Source of the DNA: a virus
Lineage: Duplodnaviria > Caudoviricetes
Length of the DNA: 39,065 nt
Direction: 5' to 3' (one strand)
IMG/VR virus record: IMGVR_UViG_3300020045_003955
Span: 1 to 39,065 of that record
Shown one piece after another: positions 34,451 to 39,065 of the stretch. Each line of letters starts with the position of its first letter. The first letter of the stretch is position 1. The notes under the pieces were generated by a model. The model worked only from the letters and a program-made list of their open reading frames with translations, ran no database searches and had not been told where the DNA came from. The position numbers and the translations under genes were made by a program.

Positions 34451-34911
34451 AGTTGACGCTCCGCTTCTCTACGTTTCACAAGGCCGTTTAAAACTTTTCC
34501 ACCTGCCCTGTTATATTTGAGCAGAAAGTCGCAAGCCTCACGCATCTTACCACTATTTGCCAACCGTGCAATAGAGGATTTTTTAAAGCACTCTACACCA
34601 CAATTGTATGTAAAGCTGGTAAGGCTGGCATGTGTCTCTGGTGACATAGGAACAGTGATAATCTTATCGACCTGAAAAGCAAAATAACCAAGGCGCATGG
34701 TTAGCATGTCCTTGCACTCTTGAACTGTTTTTGTGTCGCCCATTTTGACGTTTAGGGTTTCTCCGAAACAAATTGTTGCTGGTTGGCTTGTCGCGAGGGT
34801 GTCAATAAACGCCTTTACACGTAAACCCTCATAATGCGCCGTTACAGGCATCGCGAGCGTCGCGGCTACCGTTGCAGCCAGACCGTACTTTCGTATGCTC
34901 TGTTGCCTCAT
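34432..34911 (-). CDS. SAR endolysin, GH24 phage lysozyme
   Basis: N-terminal weakly hydrophobic SAR segment, EG..D..TICFG catalytic triad, SFTYNCG, GLVKRREAERQLC. Confidence 0.92.
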   Translation of the reverse strand: MRQQSIRKYGLAATVAATLAMPVTAHYEGLRVKAFIDTLATSQPATICFGETLNVKMGDTKTVQECKDMLTMRLGYFAFQVDKIITVPMSPETHASLTSFTYNCGVECFKKSSIARLANSGKMREACDFLLKYNRAGGKVLNGLVKRREAERQLCLSGL

Positions 34912-35192
34912 ATAAGGCTTCCGATTTTGGTGAGAAGCCATCCACCAACGCCGACTATACCAGTCACAAAGATACCCTTGCATGTCCCAATAAAATCAGA
35001 ATGGTTTTTAACAGAATCGCGAATATCTGTGTAGTCTTCCAGCTTTTCGCAGATACCATTAACTTTTTCCTCTGTACGGACCCCGCGCTCACTTACAACG
35101 TGAAGCTCCCTCATCATGGATAAGATACTTTCCTCTATACGATGCAATGTATCTTTTGTTTCCATGTCGTTGGCGCGTCTTTCAATAGCCAT
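34908..35192 (-). CDS. Putative holin (coiled coil plus C-terminal TM, XhlA-like)
   Basis: Directly upstream of and coupled to the endolysin; one C-terminal TM segment. Confidence 0.55.
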   Translation of the reverse strand: MAIERRANDMETKDTLHRIEESILSMMRELHVVSERGVRTEEKVNGICEKLEDYTDIRDSVKNHSDFIGTCKGIFVTGIVGVGGWLLTKIGSLI

Positions 35193-35695
35193 CAGAATAC
35201 CATACTCAAGCCGAGGATTAAACCAAAAATATACTCTGCCATTTCCCATCCGTCACGGTTAAGGCCGTGTTTCTCAATTGCAACGCCGGCAACGTAAGAC
35301 AAGGCAAAGGCAAACGGAATAAACGCAGCAGCGAACCATAACTGGCAGATTAATAACGGAAGCATGAAATACAGACCGCGTGTAATAAGGCCGCAGAACC
35401 CCCATGCTTTATCGGATAGTTTAAAGCGCGGCAGGATTAAGTTAGTCAGGAAATCAGTGTCGCGGCTACCATCCCATGAATCAAAGCCAGCCCATGCGCC
35501 GATTTGTTCGCCCCAGCTAGGCTTCATGGCAAAGAACATAGCGAAGCCCGCCAGAATAGCAAACGGCTCTTTAACGCCGATAGATACGGCACACAAGGCA
35601 AAGACAATCGAAAACAATATCTTTGTTACGCCTGTACCGCTTTCGGCACCGCGAACGCGATTGGCTATGGCTAGGGCTATAGGTTCAAGTATCAT
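35192..35695 (-). CDS. Multi-pass membrane protein
   Basis: 167 aa with several hydrophobic segments; NRVRG and WEMAEYIFG motifs. Confidence 0.7.
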   Translation of the reverse strand: MILEPIALAIANRVRGAESGTGVTKILFSIVFALCAVSIGVKEPFAILAGFAMFFAMKPSWGEQIGAWAGFDSWDGSRDTDFLTNLILPRFKLSDKAWGFCGLITRGLYFMLPLLICQLWFAAAFIPFAFALSYVAGVAIEKHGLNRDGWEMAEYIFGLILGLSMVF

Positions 35696-35883
35696 ACGTT
35701 ATGCCTCGGCTTAATGCTTAGTGTTTTATCTGTACGGCTATGGTGACAATCCATGAACAGGGCTTGAATGTTATCCATGCGGTCCGCAGCGGCTTTAAAT
35801 TCTGCTAACATACGGTCAAGTTCGGCGGGGGTTCCTGAAATAATCAGGTTTTCCTTGTTGCCTTTATTGCGAACTATTATCAT
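35692..35883 (-). CDS. Hypothetical protein
   Basis: 63 aa, SD gaggagg. Confidence 0.6.
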   Translation of the reverse strand: MIIVRNKGNKENLIISGTPAELDRMLAEFKAAADRMDNIQALFMDCHHSRTDKTLSIKPRHNV

Positions 35884-36001
35884 CTACGGCCTCCTCAATT
35901 AGGATGCTTTGGGTGGTAACAACACCATCCTCTTCAAAGCTTTCGGCAAGCCATAAGGACCCGTTGTCATCTCTGAAGTAGCACTCTCCTGTTTTTATCA
36001 T
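35864..36001 (-). CDS. Hypothetical 45-aa protein (possible fibre chaperone)
   Basis: ATGA-coupled to the tail spike gene; MIKTGECYFRDDNGSLWLAESFEEDG. Confidence 0.55.
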   Translation of the reverse strand: MIKTGECYFRDDNGSLWLAESFEEDGVVTTQSILIEEAVDDNSSQ

Positions 36002-37677
36002 CCTGAAACTCCCGTAATGACGACTTCACCTAACGTAATGCCAGTACCCGCTGCCGTAACGATTAATCGGGCGAACTTCCATTGCTCGTTTGTGTAGGCG
36101 GCATATACAATACCAAGCGCCGTGGTGATCGTTGTTGTGTCATTGTACCAGTTTACGCTATCTGCCGAAAGCTGCAAAGCGATTGTTGCGGCTGTTGTAT
36201 GTGCTGTGCACCTGACCATGACATTCAAGCTAGTTGCACCTTCGATATAATAAGTCGCGGTTGTGCTGTTTAGAGTGTTTGGAACAATAGTGCGGTTTAT
36301 GAATCTTACCCGTTGCGACGCATCGTCAGAACGCTGCAAACGGTTAATTGCACGGGTGAAAGAAGGTGTCGTGCCGCCGACTGTCTGAACGTACCTTACA
36401 CGGTTTCCGCGCAGTGTAAGTGGCGGTGAACGATACGAACCAGTGGCCGTGATGCGCTCGAAATGATAGACATCAAACCAGTTCGTGCCTGTATCATCCG
36501 ACTCCTGCACTACAACATCCAGTGTGGGGTTTGTTCCCGTTACTGCGGTTACTGGAATATTCACAGTGTATGTAACACCGAATGACGGGGTAAGTGTGGC
36601 TGTTGTCGTTGTTGTCGTAATAGCCGCGCTTGCGACATCCGCCAGAAGACCCGGTATGGCAAGTTGCGCCGAAGTGATAGAAGATACCGTGGAAACAGTT
36701 GTCAACGACCCAGACACAGGTACAGTTACGCCACTTCCAGATTGACGAATGCCTGTAAGTTCAACTTGAGTGGAAATAAAGTCCTGAACACGTGTAAAAG
36801 CACATGTCCATGTCGTGCTTGATGCAGGGGCAACCGTCCCATTTTTGGCGCGTATTTGATAGTACATAACAGTATCAGGCTCTGGAATGTTTGTAATAAT
36901 CATCGACCTATCTGTGAACGCAGTACCAACAGCAATCGTGCCAGTAGAGAAGAGAACACGGTCATTCTGAATAGTAGTCATGATTGAAGCGCCAGCAGTA
37001 GCACTCGAGCCTGCCACTACAGTAGCTGTGTTTTGATAACCACGGCGGCGCGAATTGATGACAAAGTTTGCAGCAGTTGTGCCCGTATAGTTAATCTCAA
37101 TTTTATTCCAGCCAGTCAAAGAGCAAGTTCCAGAACCAGAAGCGGGGTTACCAACGGTCGTGAATCGGATTGTGTCCGCGTCAGGAATGGACGCGATAAC
37201 GACCTCTTGTGGTACACCTACGGATGAAAGAGCGCACCAGTCCATACGCTGTCCAATGTTTTCAGCGGTGAAACCGTGGGCTGTCTTGGTTACATCCAAG
37301 ATAACAGCACTTACGATGTTATAAGATAGACCATCACCGATAACGTCAACAATCTCGCGGTAAAAGTTATTGTTTGCTATACGCTGTGACAGAGTGTCGC
37401 CTACGGTGAATGTCAAGCGCCCGTTCATGGTGCCCACGCTGCGGATGACAGTCTCACTGTTCACAGTTGTGCCAGCCGTGATGACAAGGTTGCCGCCTGT
37501 ACGGTTTACAGTCATGCCCGCACCAGTAGAAATAAGCGTCTCTTCCGAAGAGTTCACACCCGCACCGGCGGCGGCATATGAAGTGGCAATAACCTTCTGG
37601 GGTGCTTGACGTACAGGAACGGCGCTCACGTCCATATTAGGCATTGTGGTTTGTTGCGGGATTGGCTGATAAGTCAT
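35998..37677 (-). CDS. Tail spike / receptor-binding-like virion protein
   Basis: 559 aa, very Thr-rich beta protein with two tandem C-terminal beta-sandwich domains. Confidence 0.7.
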   Translation of the reverse strand: MTYQPIPQQTTMPNMDVSAVPVRQAPQKVIATSYAAAGAGVNSSEETLISTGAGMTVNRTGGNLVITAGTTVNSETVIRSVGTMNGRLTFTVGDTLSQRIANNNFYREIVDVIGDGLSYNIVSAVILDVTKTAHGFTAENIGQRMDWCALSSVGVPQEVVIASIPDADTIRFTTVGNPASGSGTCSLTGWNKIEINYTGTTAANFVINSRRRGYQNTATVVAGSSATAGASIMTTIQNDRVLFSTGTIAVGTAFTDRSMIITNIPEPDTVMYYQIRAKNGTVAPASSTTWTCAFTRVQDFISTQVELTGIRQSGSGVTVPVSGSLTTVSTVSSITSAQLAIPGLLADVASAAITTTTTTATLTPSFGVTYTVNIPVTAVTGTNPTLDVVVQESDDTGTNWFDVYHFERITATGSYRSPPLTLRGNRVRYVQTVGGTTPSFTRAINRLQRSDDASQRVRFINRTIVPNTLNSTTATYYIEGATSLNVMVRCTAHTTAATIALQLSADSVNWYNDTTTITTALGIVYAAYTNEQWKFARLIVTAAGTGITLGEVVITGVSG

Positions 37678-38063
37678 ACGATGCTCCAGTCGGTTCCGTT
37701 TGAAACCAGTGTTATTGATTCATATTGCGTTGTGAGTCGTGGATCTGCGCCGCCGTCAATGATTCCGATAATGGTAATAATACCAGTCCCAGCGTTCTTA
37801 ATCTCGTAAGTGTTCGTGTTTCCTGCCGCTGCGGGCAGGGTAAAATCCATAGTGCCGGAGCATAGATAGACGTATTCGGTATTCGCTGCGTCTGCGGCAA
37901 TTGTGTTTGTGGAAACCGTCAGAATGACGCGAGGGTTAATCTTGGCTAGCAAATCAGAAGTAATGGACTTATCAACCGTATCCGCGCCTTGACGGACATA
38001 GAAGAGGTCGCTGGTATTACCAACGGTGGCGGGTGTCAAATCTCTGATGGTTGTATCAGGCAT
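37674..38063 (-). CDS. Short tail fibre/adaptor protein
   Basis: FTLPAA..YEIKN.GTG.ITI..IDG..LTTQYESITLVSNGTDWSI domain, homologous to the middle of 7615-8448. Confidence 0.7.
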   Translation of the reverse strand: MPDTTIRDLTPATVGNTSDLFYVRQGADTVDKSITSDLLAKINPRVILTVSTNTIAADAANTEYVYLCSGTMDFTLPAAAGNTNTYEIKNAGTGIITIIGIIDGGADPRLTTQYESITLVSNGTDWSIV

Positions 38064-38199
38064 CGGCGGTCACAAACCTCATCGTTAAAGCGTCATCGTG
38101 GTACATCGCAAAGGTCAGAGCATCGTCGGCAAAGTTGCCCCCAGCCGCGCTATTAAACGCGCTGTAAACATGCCCCCTACGTCTGCGGAATGTAGACAT
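38056..38199 (-). CDS. Hypothetical 47-aa protein
   Basis: TAATG coupling; MSTFRRRRGH...DDALT..DDALT. Confidence 0.55.
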   Translation of the reverse strand: MSTFRRRRGHVYSAFNSAAGGNFADDALTFAMYHDDALTMRFVTADA

Positions 38200-38663
38200 T
38201 ATGCGCCGAGGGCTTTAAGTAGCTTAGCTTTTGTATCCTCAATCTTTGAAACCTCAGAACGCAAATCAGCGAGCGTTTTTTCTTGTATTGCAATAGCAGT
38301 CAACAGCTCTTCCTTAGAGGCCACAAGGGAAGAGACGTCGTTTTGCACTGCCTCTTTTTCTTTGCGCATAAAATCAGCAATCTCAGCGGTTGCCTTAACT
38401 TTTATCGCTGCGGCTTCATCTTTTGCGGCTTTAATCACAGCATCAGCGTCATTTTTCGCAGCCTTTTTAACGGAACTGACTCCCGCTTTGGCATCGGCCA
38501 ACTCTTTCATTGCGGCTTCGGCTTGTGCATTAAGGTCGCTAAGATTGTCCTTGGCAGACGCCGCAGCTTGCAAAGCCTCAAGATGACCAGCTAAATCAGC
38601 CAAATCTTTGTAAGTCTTTTGCGCCTTTTTGATTGTTTCAATAATTGAGCTATCAATTTTCAT
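38199..38663 (-). CDS. Coiled-coil protein
   Basis: 154 aa, Ala/Lys-rich heptads. Confidence 0.7.
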   Translation of the reverse strand: MKIDSSIIETIKKAQKTYKDLADLAGHLEALQAAASAKDNLSDLNAQAEAAMKELADAKAGVSSVKKAAKNDADAVIKAAKDEAAAIKVKATAEIADFMRKEKEAVQNDVSSLVASKEELLTAIAIQEKTLADLRSEVSKIEDTKAKLLKALGA

Positions 38664-39046
38664 TATTTGTATCCTCTCGATAATAAGTAGAAATTAACCG
38701 AACCAGCCGCGCCGCCAGAAATAGACGGGCGAATCCAGAGAGCAGGAAGTAGAATCTGTTCCTGCCAGTTAGAGGTTCCGGTAATATCATTCCCTTGTGC
38801 GCTTTTTAGTGTGAACCATACAGCACTTGCGTGGTCGGCATCGTTTGGGTTTCCTCTTGGGTCAAGAGTTCCTTGTAAAATCGCGGTGCCGCCTCCAAAA
38901 GTTCCAATTGCCATTGTCTGCAAATCAAAATACTTTCTTAGTGAGACAGGTCTGCCCGTATCCCCATTTGCTAACGCAAGCCATTGAACGCCCTGCCGAA
39001 AAGCAGAGTCCCCAATGTTGTACTCTGTGTTTGTTATAACTGCCAT
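38663..39046 (-). CDS. Small beta-sandwich virion protein
   Basis: GTFGGGTAILQGTLD..WFTL..WIRPSISGG; SD aggag lies in the end of gene 104-340 across the circular junction. Confidence 0.7.
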   Translation of the reverse strand: MAVITNTEYNIGDSAFRQGVQWLALANGDTGRPVSLRKYFDLQTMAIGTFGGGTAILQGTLDPRGNPNDADHASAVWFTLKSAQGNDITGTSNWQEQILLPALWIRPSISGGAAGSVNFYLLSRGYK

Positions 39047-39065
39047 TTTAGTCTCCTGTTTGGTT
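38945..39065. repeat. Terminal direct repeat, copy 2
   Basis: Exact copy of 1-121 (gacaggtctg...tgtttggtt). Confidence 0.95.

Overview
This window is an apparently complete, circularly assembled tailed-phage genome of about 38,944 bp. Bases 1-121 are repeated exactly at 38945-39065. It has podovirus-type gene content, and the host is probably an alphaproteobacterium (GcrA homologue, GAAAGG-type Shine-Dalgarno sites). The minus strand carries the late module: terS, terL, portal, scaffold, N4-gp56-like major capsid protein, adaptor and nozzle, ejection proteins, several tail fibres/spikes, holin, SAR lysozyme, spanins and a DnaQ-like exonuclease. It also carries a Prim-Pol/PriCT-2/RepA-type helicase. 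The plus strand (22.2-32.4 kb) carries a PD-(D/E)XK nuclease, two HNH endonucleases, an SSB, a RuvC-like resolvase, a protein with a 12 x 27-bp repeat, many small early genes and GcrA. I saw no integrase, CI repressor, DNA polymerase, reverse transcriptase, tRNA or CRISPR array. The most striking signals are non-coding and point to an RNA-based regulatory layer. (1) Hairpins on the late strand expose anti-SD loops; one matches the ribosome-binding site of a specific early gene over 15 nt. (2) Three early promoters share a spacer palindrome and a leader. (3) A kissing-loop double hairpin leader precedes the NUMOD4-HNH gene. (4) A C4/CI-like three-way-junction RNA precedes the primase-helicase. 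(5) A 32-aa hydrophobic ORF faces a consensus antisense promoter. (6) The capsid gene has a structured leader and is preceded by a 17-aa basic peptide ORF. All structures were folded by eye and all family calls come from motif recognition, not database searches.
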